Positions 37,525-52,828 are shown, counted from the first letter of the whole stretch. The stretch: 63,819 nt of DNA, filler included, from Nemertoderma westbladi (GCA_032718475.1; 4 parts of 4 records of this genome joined end to end with filler, not necessarily neighbours in it); one strand, 5' to 3'. Numbers and translations are program-made. Notes: a model not told the origin generated them from the sequence alone.

Positions 37525-37823
37525 CCCTCTTGGTCCTCCAGGCGACAGTTAGACAACACTGACACCATTGCGTATCGGATTGATTAATTAGGATAATCAA
37601 TTAAACCCTAATTAGGAGTCGTAAGACACCTATTAGGGTTTAATTGTACTAATTAATTGATGTCACCTGTCAATTAGGGTCTAATTAGCCTAATTAGGAG
37701 GTGTCACCCGGACAGACTGGCGCCAATGACACCCAATGCCACCCATACGGTGTTATTGGGTGTCACCTAGACAGTCTGGCGCCAGTCAGTGTGGTCTAAC
37801 TGTCGCCGAGAGGAGCAAGACCC
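37525..37823. mobile_element. ~300-bp MITE-like element with ~35-bp imperfect TIRs and internal palindromes
   Basis: TCTTGGTCCTCCAGGCGACAGTTAGACAACACTGAC matches the reverse complement of ~37785-37820. Confidence 0.65.
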
Positions 37824-38358
37824 TACTACTGTAATTGTAATTGTAATAAATGCAAATTGTAATAACTTCAAAAGCTACAGAAATTAATTCATAAATATTT
37901 CCCTTTATTCTTAAAATTTGTACTTTTAGAAATAAAGAGCTCAATTTTCTCTTGGCTCAATTTGCGACCGATACCACGCGCTCAGCTGCCCCCAGTGCCC
38001 ATGTCTTGCCTTTCTCGCCTCAAATTAACTTAATTTTCTGTGTATTGCCCATGTTACAATGTTTCAATTTTACCCCGCGTGGGGGTGTATATTATAATAT
38101 TAAATTGGTACTTTTTGTTGCTTATTAATAAAAAATAGAGCGATATAGTGTTACAAATTAAATTGAACTGTAGTATTTTACCAGTTACTGCGATGTATTC
38201 AATATTAAATAATATAGTGTTCTCGAACATATATTACGCAAAAGGAGAGCCGCTTAACTACAAAAACCAACATTGGATATTGAGTTCTGTTTCTGGAATA
38301 CGCCTTGTTGATACTAAATTTGCAATACATTTTGAGTGTTTGCATGGATTTTGCTCTA

Positions 38359-38939
38359 CTACTACTAGGATCGGCATGCCGCATTACAGCTGCATTTTTA
38401 TGAATGCTGTGCCGGCTTGTCGACAAAATTGGGGCCGCCACAACTCCCTATCACCCATGACATTTGCTAGATCATCCGCATCTTCAAGGCCAGTGTCCTT
38501 TAAGATGCGTCTCAAGAAAGTCATGGGCTGTCCACCATGATTATTCACTCCATGAGGCTGCCAAAGCACAAGATTATGCACTGGCTGGTGCTCACGGCGA
38601 AAGCAATGTCCTGCAAAGCGGAGGCGACTTTGTTCTAGTGTCAAGCTTGGGGAACCAATGAGACACCTTCAATGTTATATACTGTCTGGTTGGAGATGTG
38701 TGCATTGTACTTGACACAATGAACCCGGCGTAGCATTCTTGTGAATGTGTCATCCAGGGATTTGGTGTCCTCAGCAGTTAGAGCCCAGCATGGACTCCCA
38801 TAGAGGAGTACTGGAACTACTGCTGCTCTAAATAATCGGACCTTAGTTTCCGATTAATTCTCGGTGACTTCCAAATCCTGGAAAGCCTATTCAAGGCTGC
38901 CCATGCCTTTTCCTTACGTATTCGAAGGTCCGCACCCTC
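38359..38939 (-). mobile_element. 5'-truncated RTE-group LINE, (TAG)n tail, 11-bp TSD
   Basis: RLRFAGHCFRREHQPVHNLVLWQP, same family as 51924-52828. TSD ATTTTGCTCTA at 38348-38358 and 38940-38950. Confidence 0.9.
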
Positions 38940-39599
38940 ATTTTGCTCTAATTACATGCAAACCCTTTATACTTCGATGCTATGCTCTTTCAACATTTGT
39001 AATAAAATTTAAGATATTCCACCAAAAAAAATGTATTAAACTTTATTTGCCGGAAAAAAGGAACTTATTTTTCTTAAAAAAAAAACTCTAACAGTAATTT
39101 CCGGACAATTAGCGATAATAAACTATCTACTAAGTATTTCCAACAAAGATGTGGATGCAAAATGTGGGGCGAGACACAAAGTGAGCGAAGTCTTAACATT
39201 GGGTACCACTAAACTGTAGAGTTGTCATTGTCTAATATTTGATCGTTAATAACTCGGTCATTTATTGATAAAATTAAACCAAACTTTGAAGGTATGCAGT
39301 CTGTCAAAAGTTTCTGAGGTTTGGTTGAATATCAGAGTCTGTCTGTTGGCACCTGTAGTTTCAGAATTTTCATTAAAGCCGAAATAAGTCCGTCAATCAT
39401 TGATGAAATAGAACCAAACCTCGACAACTACCGGTAGGCACTGACACTACTGTCACTACTGCAGTACACGAGATAAACTATTCAACTTTCAGTTTCTGAA
39501 ATTGTATCAATCACTATACAATTACTGTACTTATTGACCTTCTTATCTGCTAAAAAAACTAAACTTTGTGATTTTTTGTTATTGTCAAGTACGGGATTT

Positions 39600-41710
<2,111 letters not shown>

Positions 41711-43512
41711 ACGGGACTTGATGCATAAACCCAGATTAGTTGACTGAGGAATGATTTTATTTCAAATAATATTCTTATACTTACACCTAATGGTAAAGTA
41801 AGGGACAATTGTCATAAGATGACGCGTGCTTTGCATTCCACTGGGTCAGTACGCTGAGTTAGTTCTCTTTGAAAAAACTAAAAATTTCCCTATTTTGGGT
41901 AAAGTATGGAACATCACATAACTAAATTTATCGATTTCATTCCAGTGTAATGAAAAACTGATCAAATTAAGTGGAACCAAAAAAAGAAAATGAGTTTGTA
42001 TTTTTGGTACATGCTCACAAATGTTATTTTATTGGTCGTAGGAAGTGCCTACAGCAAACGAAACTTTTGCACACTTTTATTAACATTTTGTGCAGAGTAG
42101 GTGCATAATTTGTAATTCGACTATTCTTTGAGAAACAACCTGTGTTAATGCACATTTACCAGACTGTCATGAACAAGTCATGACGTATGATAAACTTTGA
42201 CCTGTAATAAGGTACACAATCGAAGCTATATCTCATTTTTCAAAATTAGTGGGGAGGGTGGACCCTTTCATGGAATGAGCCGTATGTGTATGCGAATTGT
42301 TTACCCCCGACCAATATAACTATAGCTAAGGCTAAGTCTTTGTGAGGGATTAACACCTTCCCGCCTAATGACGTTTTTCCGTGTTCGGCGTATGACGTAT
42401 TACCTTTTTCATTATAACTAATATTAGTTATGAATAATAATTCATAATAAATAACTAAAAAATTTTCCACCATTCGACCATATTTGATTCACTACAACTT
42501 TATTTTTATCATTTGCCAAGTGTAGTTCAAAAAATTTTGAATTGTTTGATTGATAATTTTATAAAGGCATATCAGAAAGTGGATTAGTAGGGAAGGGAAC
42601 CGTCTGCTGTTAAACGGGATAATGAATAAAAATGTCTAAAATGAAGGTTAACACAACGTCAGGGACAATCGGCTGAACTGGTCAGCGCTAGTGATGGGGC
42701 CCGAAACGTAAGTATAGCGTTTCATACATCCTATTTTTTCCATTTATTATCAAAATCCTATATCACTTGAAATATGGCGCAATGAAAATGCCAAGTACCA
42801 ACACGAAGGAATTATATAACCATAATTTGAGTAGATTTCCACAGACCAATTTGTCCCTTTAATGGTTTAAATTTGAGTTATATTAATTTTAATTAACATA
42901 AATGTTAGTCGTTTAATTTTAAATCTTCTGCTTTAAATATTTTTTAAATTCAATTCTTGTAATTTTAATAAAAATTTGTATATCTTATAATTTGTATTAT
43001 TTGTAAATTTGTATTTATAAGTGTTAACTATTTGAAAAGTAAACTATTTTTTGTAACTAAACTAAATTCGCAGTGACAAGTTAATTAAACCCACTTTAAT
43101 AAACTAAACATCATACAAATTTTAATTTAACTAGTTGAAAGTTCAAATTACGTGCCATTATGTGCCTCAAACAATATTAGTCTGTGTGGGGAATCTATTT
43201 TTATTTAAATATTTTTTTTTGTATGTAAATATTTGTTTAATACCGACCGATACTGGAACTGTTAACAGAGAATATACATGGCGAATCTCGGAAAAATCTC
43301 GATGGCACAGCTGGCGCCATCGAGCTTCCTGTCAATGGCGCCAAGGTCATGTGCTATGGCGCTGGCACTAAATTTAGCGCCAAAAAACCATGATTACGAC
43401 ACTATTCCATAACATAGAGTATTAAAATATACAATTTATGTATAAATAGACATACGTTAACGAGTGTTATGAGCAATAATTATATATTATTATTATTAAT
43501 ATTAATATTATA

Positions 43513-44319
43513 CACCATGACCCGTAATATAGTGTCATTTTCTGATGACACGGACACCCCCCCCCCCCCCTAGATTTTTCTACAAATCTTTATTATATTG
43601 CTTGAAATTTGAAACACAACTAGTTCAACTCACCGTCGTTGTTACTATGAAGCCGGAATTTTCGATTTTGCCTTTAAATTTTTTTTATAAGCGTTTTAAA
43701 AAAGTGTCTTTTGCGAAATCGCACCCTCTGTATCGTGACCATTCGTCACTTTAGTCGTAATTTTTTCACATCAATAGAGAAAGCTTGCTGAGTAATGATT
43801 CCAAATATGTAAAAATATCTGAATTTCGTTGAGAAACAGCTGAGCAATAGGCGTTCAAAGATTGCCAGAATTATAGTTCGCCATAATCAGATATTATATT
43901 GTGTAGCTATTCCATACATACTGTTAGCAAAATGTCCCAGAACATCGTGTATTTATTAAATAGAATAAATAGCCTTTAGCGAACGATACTTATTGTAATC
44001 TGTTTCTCAACGAAACTCAGACATTGTTACATAATTGGAATCCTTGTAACGCAAGCGTTCTATTGATATAAAATAATTAATTAGAATGGCCACGTTACGG
44101 AGGGTGCGATTTCGCAAAATATACTTTATTAAAACGCTTATAAAAAGCGGCAAAATCTAAAATTTAGGCTTCATGGTAACAACCACGGTGAGTTGAACTA
44201 CCGGTAATGTGTTTCAAATTTCAAGCAATATGATAAAGATTTGTTGAAAAATTTTGGGGGGGGGGGGGGGGGGGGGGTCCGTGTCATCAGAAAATGACAC
44301 TACATTACGGGACATGGTG
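43513..44319. mobile_element. Fold-back MITE of Tc1/mariner type (807 bp, long imperfect TIRs, TA TSD)
   Basis: TA|CACCATG...CATGGTG|TA. The arms are complementary over ~300 bp, including poly-C and poly-G tracts. Confidence 0.8.
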
Positions 44320-44486
44320 TATATATAATTGTATATATTAATAACAACAATTAACTGCACAACATGTGCTCTTGAATTTCGTTTATTGTTTTGGTTAGAA
44401 TAGCCTGTCATTAGTCCTTTCCCTTAACTGTTGTCGGTAGTTAGGGTGTATAAATCCACAAATTATAGAGAAACTCAATCCAACAA

Positions 44487-45335
44487 TTACGGAGGGGCGG
44501 GGGGGTTGTCCCGTCTGGGCTGTTTCGCGGCTCTTAGATACGGGTTGTCGATTGATTCGGCGGGGCCCGCCTTACCTGGCCGGGGGTTGGACGGGCCTTG
44601 CGACTCCTCCTGGGAGGAGCCCAACACAGGAAGGAGCGGACTGTCCTGGGAGCAGCGGGACTCCTCCGCGCTGCCAGCGGGAGCCCCACTCGCGAGCAGC
44701 GCGTCCACGTAACTACGGCAACCGGTAGGTTGCCGTATCAACGGGAACGCGCCCCTCTCCCCCGCGAATAGCAGCTGCGTGGTGGCCCCGGTCTTAGCGC
44801 GGAAACGCGTCAACGCGCGTTCCGTGTCCCGTTTCTGGGCCGCCCATTTTATCCGTTTCGTCTGATAGTCGCTAGGTGGCTCCTTGTAGGCGGGAGTCCG
44901 TATATACGTGTGGGCGTCCGGAAAGGGGGGTAGGAAGTCGTGTACGTACGGGGGTCGGTGCTGGGTGGGACCGGTGGACAGACCCTTGGGCCACGCGGTC
45001 GGTTTACTCATTACCTGCGGCACCACGGTCTTCCTGAGGGGCCGGTGCATGTGTCGGTGCAGTTCTCTAGCGTCCACTCCCATCTGCCCGAAAGTCATTA
45101 CTAAGTCCTGTACCAAAGGGAGGGTTCGTCCTGACAGCTCGTAGTAGGCCTTGCATCCGGCTCCTACTTCCGATATGAATGCGGCCGTCGCCTCGCACAG
45201 TGTCTCCAGCGCGATCTCGTCCGCGTACATGTATCCAACCTCGAAACACAATGCCGCCACCGCCGCCTGGAGGGCCTTCCGTTTGGCAGACGGTTTAGGG
45301 CTGGCAGTTGAGGCAACCGGTAGGGCAGCACTCAT
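44487..45335 (-). CDS. TAF8: TFIID subunit 8, intronless, 282 aa
   Basis: N-terminal histone fold (ALQAAVAALCFEVG..ALETL..ELSGRT), TAF8_C motif PPYVHDFLPPFPDAHTYIRTP, QKRDTERALTRF and C-terminal IDNPYLR. Confidence 0.95.
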   Translation of the reverse strand: MSAALPVASTASPKPSAKRKALQAAVAALCFEVGYMYADEIALETLCEATAAFISEVGAGCKAYYELSGRTLPLVQDLVMTFGQMGVDARELHRHMHRPLRKTVVPQVMSKPTAWPKGLSTGPTQHRPPYVHDFLPPFPDAHTYIRTPAYKEPPSDYQTKRIKWAAQKRDTERALTRFRAKTGATTQLLFAGERGAFPLIRQPTGCRSYVDALLASGAPAGSAEESRCSQDSPLLPVLGSSQEESQGPSNPRPGKAGPAESIDNPYLRAAKQPRRDNPPAPP

Positions 45336-45513
45336 AGTTCAGTAGGCCTAATTTATTGATGTACCGGTCGGTATCGACCGCAAACTGCACTGGGTTACAT
45401 TCACAGTTTTTCACTTTTTGTGCAGCTAGTTGTTAGGCTTGTCAACTACAACAAAACAACCATTCGCGCTACTATGTACTGAAGTAGTACAACGCAATAC
45501 AACACTACACGAA

Positions 45514-45994
45514 GTGGGGACTTCGCGCAGCACGAAGTTGGCAGAGCCTTAGCGAATTGACACTGTTAGGGGGTAGGTCAATTTATGCAAATAGTCACGT
45601 TGGCCCTCTAGCGGCAGACTGGAGAACTGCAGATGGATTCGCCTCCTTTGAAAGTCACAGCTAATGGTCTAATACATATCTGCCAAGTTTCAGCTTAAAC
45701 GGATTAAAAGCAAAGAAATGGGAGGGCATTTAATGTTTAGACATGTGGCCCTCTAGCGGGAGACCATTGCACTGATGGTGTCTGAAAGTCTCTCAAAAAT
45801 CTCAACTTTTGCTCATATTGATACCTACAAATTTTCAACTTGGCAGCTTTAAATCCGACAAAGTTATTAGCATGTCAAAATCGTAACGACGACGACAACG
45901 ACGACGACGACGACGACAACTATTTGCATAAATTGACCCACCCCCTAACAGTGTCAATTCGCTAAGGCTCCGCCAACTTCGTGGCTCGCCCCAC
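45514..45994. mobile_element. MITE/HINE-like element with ~70-bp TIRs and an internal (GAC)n tract; inverted partial copy at ~46324-46660
   Basis: GAAGTTGGCAGAGCCTTAGCGAATTGACACTGTTAG and its reverse complement at the ends. The related terminal motif GGGCGAGCCA also occurs at ~36690, ~53045 and ~56712. Confidence 0.75.
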
Positions 45995-46813
45995 AATAAT
46001 AACCATTTATTACCGGTACAGTATTACGTCATGACTTTTTTTAAATAATCCTTTGCTTCGAATTCACATTCGTGGCTTCAATGACTACTTGAGTTTCCTA
46101 TGGGGAGTATAGTTCTGGGGGGAACGCAGGAAATAAGTCGTCAGACTTTGTGCGTAATCCCTGGCCTAACGACCGAAAAATTGTATTTTTACGTTGAAAC
46201 ATCTACCAAAAGATATTGGTATTGAAAATGGATATGAATTGTGGATTTATATGGCTGTTCGCGAACTGAGGTGTTGCGTTGCATAGGCAGCTGGTAATGC
46301 AACCTAATGGTATGACCGTTTAGGTGGGGCGAGCCACGAAGTTTGCGGAGCCTTAGCGAATTGACACTGTTAGAGGGGTGGTTCAATAATGGCAAATAGT
46401 TGTTGTTGTCGTTACGATTTTGAAATGTTAATAACTTTGTCAGATTTAAAGCTGTCGAGTTGAAAATTTGTCGGCATCAATAAGACGAAAAGTTAAGATT
46501 TTGTAGATTTTTAGACCTCAACCTTTTACCCGCTAGAGTGCGACATGGCTAAACATTAGATCCGATCAAGCTGGAACTTGACAGATTTTACAATACCATT
46601 AGCTGTGCAATTCAAAGGAGCTAATCAGTCTGCAGTTCTCCAGTCTGCCGCTAGAGGGTGAAATGTATGAAAGTGACCTTCTCCATTTCCTTGATCTTAA
46701 TCTGTGTAAGCCGAATCTTGGACTACCAGACCACATGCGGCGTCTTTCATCTCCTGTGAACCTTATCTGTGATTCATCTCCAGTTATCCAATCTGCCGCT
46801 AGAGAGCGAAATG

Positions 46814-46913
46814 NNNNNNNNNNNNNNNNNNNNNNNNNNNNNNNNNNNNNNNNNNNNTTAATTAATTAANNNNNNNNNNNNNNNNNNNNNNNNNNNNNNN
46901 NNNNNNNNNNNNN
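46814..46913. other. Artificial contig linker
   Basis: N44-TTAATTAATTAA-N44. Confidence 0.97.
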
Positions 46914-48317
46914 CAACTCGCCCATGTCCCCGACGCGCACGTTGTCAGTCAGCAGTCTGTGTCTCGTGGTATCCACGGCAACGGCTAACCGTTGGTACGG
47001 CGACCGAACCTCCGCCAACGAATCGACGGCCGCCGATAACGCAGGGCCCTGCGTCGAGACCAAGGCGTCCGTCTGGTTGCCATGGCGTTGCTTAGCTACA
47101 GCGCGTTCCAGAGAGGAACGTTTCTCCTCCAACGAGAGGTTGGCGTTCCACAGGAAGTCGAGTTGCAGTTGGGCGTCCAGTTCCATCTCTTTGTTAGCGG
47201 AGCGAGTCCTGGAGAGGAGATAGACGGACTGAAGGTACAGGAAGTAGGCGTGTTCCACCTGCTCGGGGGAGGATTCCTCTGGTCTCCCAGCTAGGGCCTT
47301 CCTAGAACCCCCTTCCTCCAGTCGCCCGCCTAGGGCCTTCCTAGAACCCCCTTCCTCCAGTCGCCCCCCTGGGGCCTTCCTAGAACCCCCTTCCTCCAGT
47401 CGCCCCCCTGGGGCCTTCCTAGAACCCCCTTCCTCCAGTCGCCCCCCTGGGGCCTTCCTAGAACCCTTCTTAGGAAGAAGCGCCGGTTTAAGGAAGCTCA
47501 CCTCGGAGTTACAAGTGGAGGAAAGGAACCCCGTTCTGTCAGGGTTGAACGACATCTCGGCTGCGACGTCCGCGGTCTCCTTCTTCTGTTGCCAGGTAAC
47601 GGGGGTCGAGGTGACCCGGTGGTGACCCGGACCGCTCACAATGGACTGCGAGCCGCCGAGGAAGGAAGTCGCGAGGCCGCGGGATCTGGGAGGGTCGAGG
47701 AATCGCGACTCGACGACCCGACGGGATTTACCTTTCCGTGTCGGTCCGACTCGCTCGGAGGCGGTTGAGTTGCACACCGAACTCTCGGGGTGGTCGCAAC
47801 TAATTCTCTCGAGTTCCTCCAGGAGGGAGGATTTACTCGACGGGGAGGCGGCTGGGTCGGCGGATCGAGTATGTTTGATTACCAGAGGGAGCGGGGCATT
47901 GTGTTTGCTCCCACCTCCCTCCTGGTTGGGTACATCTGTCGCCCCTATGTTTGACGGCAGCACCTGAATGATCCCCATAGAGTGAAATGACTCTTCGGAA
48001 TCAGATATATCCAACTCAGTTGTCGGGGCAACACGTCTTGGCGACTGAGTTGCAGTTGGTTCAACTATTTCCGCTGGTTGGAATGGCAACGGACTCGTAG
48101 TCGCCAGACCAACGTTGCTGTAACTACCGGTACCTAAACTGACATCGCTAACCTTCGTGCGGTGGGGTTTACTTCTGTTTGATGTATTAAAAGATGAGTC
48201 GTCAACACGTCTCCCCTGCGTTAATACATCATTGGTTGAAGTAGAAAACTTATCTTTGTAGCCCTTAGTAACAATAGCTTCCGCTGGTTTGTATAACTTT
48301 CTCTTAGAGTTTAACAT
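46914..48317 (-). CDS. HAUS8: HAUS8/Hice1-like augmin subunit, 3'-truncated at the contig end; contains a 39-bp (13-aa) repeat at ~47290-47470
   Basis: RVVESRFL motif and a coiled-coil region ending YQRLAVAVDTTRHRL, resembling recalled HAUS8 RVIESRYL and YRTFATALDTTRHEL. First ATG at 48317. Confidence 0.72.
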
Positions 48318-48618
48318 TATTCCGGTACCGGTCTGTCGGTAGGCTAATAGTCGTCGCCGACTCCTTGTGCTGTTGTGACACGGCCAATGCTGCAATGTGA
48401 CACCCGCAAAACAGTCTGCCAGTAAGTAGCCGCAAAACAGTCTGCCAGTATAAGTAGCCGCAAAACAGTCTGCCAGTAAGTAGGCTACCCGCTACCGTAC
48501 CGATACAGAACAGTCTTAGCATAAGTAGAAGGTAATATGGCCTTAAAAATTAAGGGAAAGGAGCAGGTTACAGGGGCTTTTTAATCCAAAACAATAAACG
48601 ATACTTAATATACAGATA

Positions 48619-48824
48619 TTCTGTGGCTGATCTATGCCAATTAATTAATTTTTTTTCAGAAGTTCTCCATGACGTCTTAATTTATGGTCGACAAAAAATT
48701 AATTTATGGTCGACCAAAAATTAATTTGTGGTCGACCATAAATTATGACGTCATGCAGTCATGGAGAACTTCTGAAAAAAAAAATAAAAAAAAATAAATC
48801 AATTGGCAAAGATCAGCCGCCGTA
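48619..48824. mobile_element. IS3EU-type MITE (206 bp, almost wholly palindromic)
   Basis: Right end GATCAGCCGCCGTA, degenerate left end, internal TAATTTATGGTCGAC repeats, and 6-bp flanks CAGATA/CATATA. Confidence 0.6.
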
Positions 48825-50770
48825 CATATATATATTTTTACTCGTGATATTTTACTCAAAATTAAAAAAAATTAAGTAAAAGTCAGAAAAATTTTCATTG
48901 TCCCTTATGCCAGGGCAGGGATTACGCACAAAGTCTGACGACTTATTTCCAGTGCGGTCCCCCCAGAACTATACTCCCCAGAGGAACCTCCAGTATTCAT
49001 TTACCTACCATTTAAGGATGCAAGGCAGAGATGCGCCCTGGCCAGGCCCTTAGCCATGGCCCCATGCGGGGATTGAACCAATTTTTACTCGTAATATGTT
49101 TACTATCCTTTGAAAAACGTGGAACCCTTTCTCATTGCTATTATCCGACCTCTGTGGTCTTTGCTGCTTTGTTGTCTTTGCTGTCATCTTAGACAAGCAA
49201 TTTGATACCAAGAATTGGTTGTCGTATAAAAACGTTCGTAGTTATCATAAATCATGTGTCAAATTATAATTAGTAGCAATATATCCAAATATTTAACATG
49301 GGTGGGTATGACCGTTAATTATCACTATTGATATATCGAGAACTAATAAACAAACTAACGTATATAAGTCACATGATAAAACCAATAAAAATACAGAAAA
49401 CCGAACCATTGCATAAAATATAAAGCAAGCTGAACAACCGAAGAATACAAAATCACGATAGTCAAAATATAAAAATCTACTGTAAATCCCTAATCTTACA
49501 TGTTATTAGATCGACCTATTAGGTATTGGGTGCATGCACAATAAGTTAAACTAACACTAAATACCACAACCTATCAATCAAACTAATAGTTAATAACATG
49601 GCACAGAGCACTACAAATAAATAACAGTTTATTTGTGAACACAATTTATAGTATTAATTGGGGGGTGTGGTGGTGTTGGAGGTAGCGGTAGAAAGTCTGT
49701 GAACCTTAGCAAACATACCGTTTTAATTTGGTCTAAATAGACCTGTCTTGTTTGCAAACACTGAAACTTTTTATCGTCTATATGAGGCGGCTCACGACTT
49801 CATGACTAGCCCCGCGACTTATATACAGAATCAGTCCCGTCTCACGTGTTGTGTCACGCGTTGTCACATGTTGTGGGTAAGGGACACCCACTCACTTACA
49901 ATAAAAACGATTAAAATGGAATAACTGCAGGGGAGTAAAAGTGTCACAAAAATGAAACAGCAAATCTGTATTTACATGTGGTAGATTTATATTTGGTAGG
50001 ACTATATTTTGGTACTGGAACTTTATTTAGTATCTGCCGATCAGTTTTTTTGCTGATCAAAAACTTATATTCTGGAAACGTTATTACCGCGACTAGTCTA
50101 CGCGGCACTGATATGATGATAACCGCCTCATTTGAACGGGTCAATAATGAATTTTGTGTTGGCGAATTAGTTTCTTCGATAAGATTACAAGAAGCCGCCA
50201 TTAATGTTACATTTACAACCTGCAACTATTCCGTAATATTATATTTACAGCCCTTCTTTACTAACCTGTAGAATAATCATTGATTATAAATTAATTATTA
50301 ATAAGATAATAAAATACAAATTGCACCGAGCTTGTAAAATTGACGTAGGCCTACAATAGTTATTAGGTATAATCTGGAATAACTGAAAATAACCTCAGAC
50401 ACATACAATAAACCGAATTAGTAAGGCAACCTGTGAGTGAGGAAACAAGAGCTCCAATATGGGAACCCGTTTAGTGAGCCCGTGGGTACAGCAGATTTAC
50501 CGTAAGTACGACAATCTCGTCCCAAATCATACATATTAATCGGCTGACCACAAACCCTTCTCTAACAAGCCGGCTGTCATATTGGGACCAAATTGTCCTA
50601 CACTCCTTAATACGGGGTTTTGGTATAAAAATAATGTCGCCAATAACTTACGTTAACAAGACAAAGATATAAATTAATGCAAAATAAAATATTAAAAATA
50701 TTATACAATAATTACGAACTATTAATAATTAATTGTTGAAGGTTTATTCACTTCTGTTTGTAGTTTTAGT

Positions 50771-50935
50771 TTATAACTGGTAGGTTCCACCAGAGTATTC
50801 ACTAAGGGCGTGTATCGGAGAAACCACCTCTTTCTTACTCCCCTTGCGGACTATAGCGGAGGAATCGGCACTGGAATCTTGTCGAATCAACGGTTTCTTT
50901 TCGGGGGCCCTCATCCTCCAAACAACCGCAGAGTC
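50771..50935 (-). CDS. CTNNA: Alpha-catenin, last coding exon
   Basis: Acceptor TATTTAG, then DSAVVWRMRAPEKKPLIRQDSSADSSAIVRKGSKKEVVSPIHALSEYSGGTYQL*. This matches the alpha-catenin tail (AVSWKMKAPEKKPL...KKHVNPVQALSEF). Confidence 0.93.
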   Translation of the reverse strand, partial: DSAVVWRMRAPEKKPLIRQDSSADSSAIVRKGSKKEVVSPIHALSEYSGGTYQL

Positions 50936-51177
50936 CTAAATACAATGTCTTAAAATATTAGGGGGGATCCGACACTTAAACCGATTTGGTACGGGTTGAT
51001 CAAAGCGCAATAACCGGGTAGGTAATGGGAAGTTATTTTATCTGAAAAATCCTCTTTTTCAATAAATTTTGTAGAAAACAGTGCAAGAAAGTAATGCTTT
51101 CGCACACTATTATTACTTTCTACCACTAAAATAGTGGCAGAAAGTCTTTCTACTACTATTTTAGTGGCAGAAAGTCC

Positions 51178-51250
51178 GACGTTGTAGCTCAGCGGTCAGA
51201 GCACAGGTGCTGTGCTATTTTTTACCGAGTTCGAGACCCGGTTGCAGCAG
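51178..51250 (+). mobile_element. tRNA-like Pol III head (SINE or pseudogene)
   Basis: A box and D-arm TAGCTCAGCGGTCAGAGC, B box AGTTCGAGACC. No proper anticodon arm. Confidence 0.45.
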
Positions 51251-51923
51251 CAAATTTTCGTAAATTCGAATCCTTAATATTTCAATAAATTTGATCTGAT
51301 ATAATTAGGAGCCCGCTCGACAGCAGGATGACTGTAAAACTCTCAGGTCATATAACACCGACTGACTCACATAATCCAGGTTCAGGCACTTCCTATCTGG
51401 CGTTTTTGAAGAAATTTTGCAAGAACATTGCTTTGGTGGTTCATTATCGCGTTACAAAATTTCAGATCGAAATTAAATGTGAACATTCATTGACAGCTGT
51501 GGCAAAGGAATACTTAGTTGGCTTTAGGAGTATCATTGCGCAGACGTGACCCATTAGAATACATCACATGAAGCCCTATTAATTAAATAGGAAAGCCCTG
51601 GCTGTAAGAAGACCGCCCATAGGCCATAGACAAACGTAGTGTAGTTTGTTCGCTCCCCATTAATTGAACAGCTTTGCTTACAGTCTGATAGAGTAATCCC
51701 CGCCCCTATGTAATTATGAACCTAACATTTGAACGACCAATTCTCATTTGTTTGCATTCATTTGAACGACTTATAATTCAATCTGCTGGCCTACCACATA
51801 ACTTAGCACGAGTAAATTCCCATAGGATTCACTGGGAAGAGATATTCAGCTGGCGGGGTAATACATTTAGAAGGAAACTAAATTTATAATTTGGCTCTAT
51901 TCGTTGTTATTTATCTGGTTGTG

Positions 51924-52828
51924 ATGATGGGGTGATGATAACTCCACCTACTGGCTCCAGAAGTCGAGGAAATCCTGCCAAGTACCTAACTGATCTAGAC
52001 TTTGCTGATGACTTAGGAGTACTCTCAGAATCATTAGAGGGAGCCCAGCGGCTCCTCAGCTCATTAGAACATGCTGCTTCTAGTGTTGGTCTTTTTATTA
52101 ACTCCAGAAAGACCAAAATTCTGACAGTTAACTTTGAAAGTCCTCACCAAGTCTCTGATCGGATGAGCATAAGCTCAAAGGATGGTATGCTTGAGCATGT
52201 GGACGACTTCTGTTACCTGGGATCATGGATCCGGAAGTCAGGTGAGGACCTTCGAATACGTAAGGGAAAGGCATGGGCCGCCTTGAATAGGCTTTCCAGG
52301 ATTTGGAAGTCACCTAGAATTAATCGGAAACTTAAGGTCCGATTATTTAGAGCAGCAGTAGTTCCAGTACTCCTCTACGGGAGTCCATGCTGGGCTCTAA
52401 CTGCTGAGGACACCAAATCTCTGGATGGCACATTCACAAGAATGCTACGCCGGGTACATTGTGTCAAGTACAATGCACACATCTCCAACCAGACACTATA
52501 TAACATTGGAGGTGTCTCATTGGTTCCCCCAAGCTTGACACTAGAACAAAATCGCCTCCGCTTTGCAGGACATTGCTTTCGCCGTGAGGACCAGCCAGTG
52601 CATAATCTTGTACTTTGGCAGCCTCATGGAGTGAATAAGCAAGGTGGACAGCCCATGACTTTCTTGAGACGCATCTTAAAGGACACTGGCCTTAAAGATG
52701 CGGATGATCTAGCAAATGTCATGGGTGATAGGGAGTTGTGGCGGCGCAATTTTGTTGACAAGCCGGCACAGCATTCTTAAAAATGCAGCTGCAATGCAGC
52801 ATGCCGATCCTAGTAGTAGTAGTAGTAG
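51924..52828 (+). mobile_element. 5'-truncated RTE-group LINE in the alpha-catenin intron, (TAG)n tail, ~91-bp TSD
   Basis: DLDFADD, FCYLGS, RLRFAGHCFR. Flanks 51833-51923 and 52829-52919 are identical. Confidence 0.93.

Larger units (their letters stand above)
35794..38031. repeat. ~180-bp dispersed direct repeat (35794-35972 and 37848-38031)
   Basis: Shared AATGCAAATTGTAATAACTTCAAA...CTCAATTTGCGACCGATACCACGCGCTCAGCTGC. Confidence 0.85.

Noticed and set aside
42683-42712. Possible Penelope-type hammerhead (CTAGTGATGGGGCCCGAAACGT)
   Set aside because: The core is CTAGTGA rather than CTGANGA, and I could not build the required helices.
46680-46792. Minus-strand WITGDESQIRFTGDERRRMW resembling a Tc1/mariner first-Asp motif
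   Set aside because: Too short, at a contig end and without the remaining catalytic motifs.
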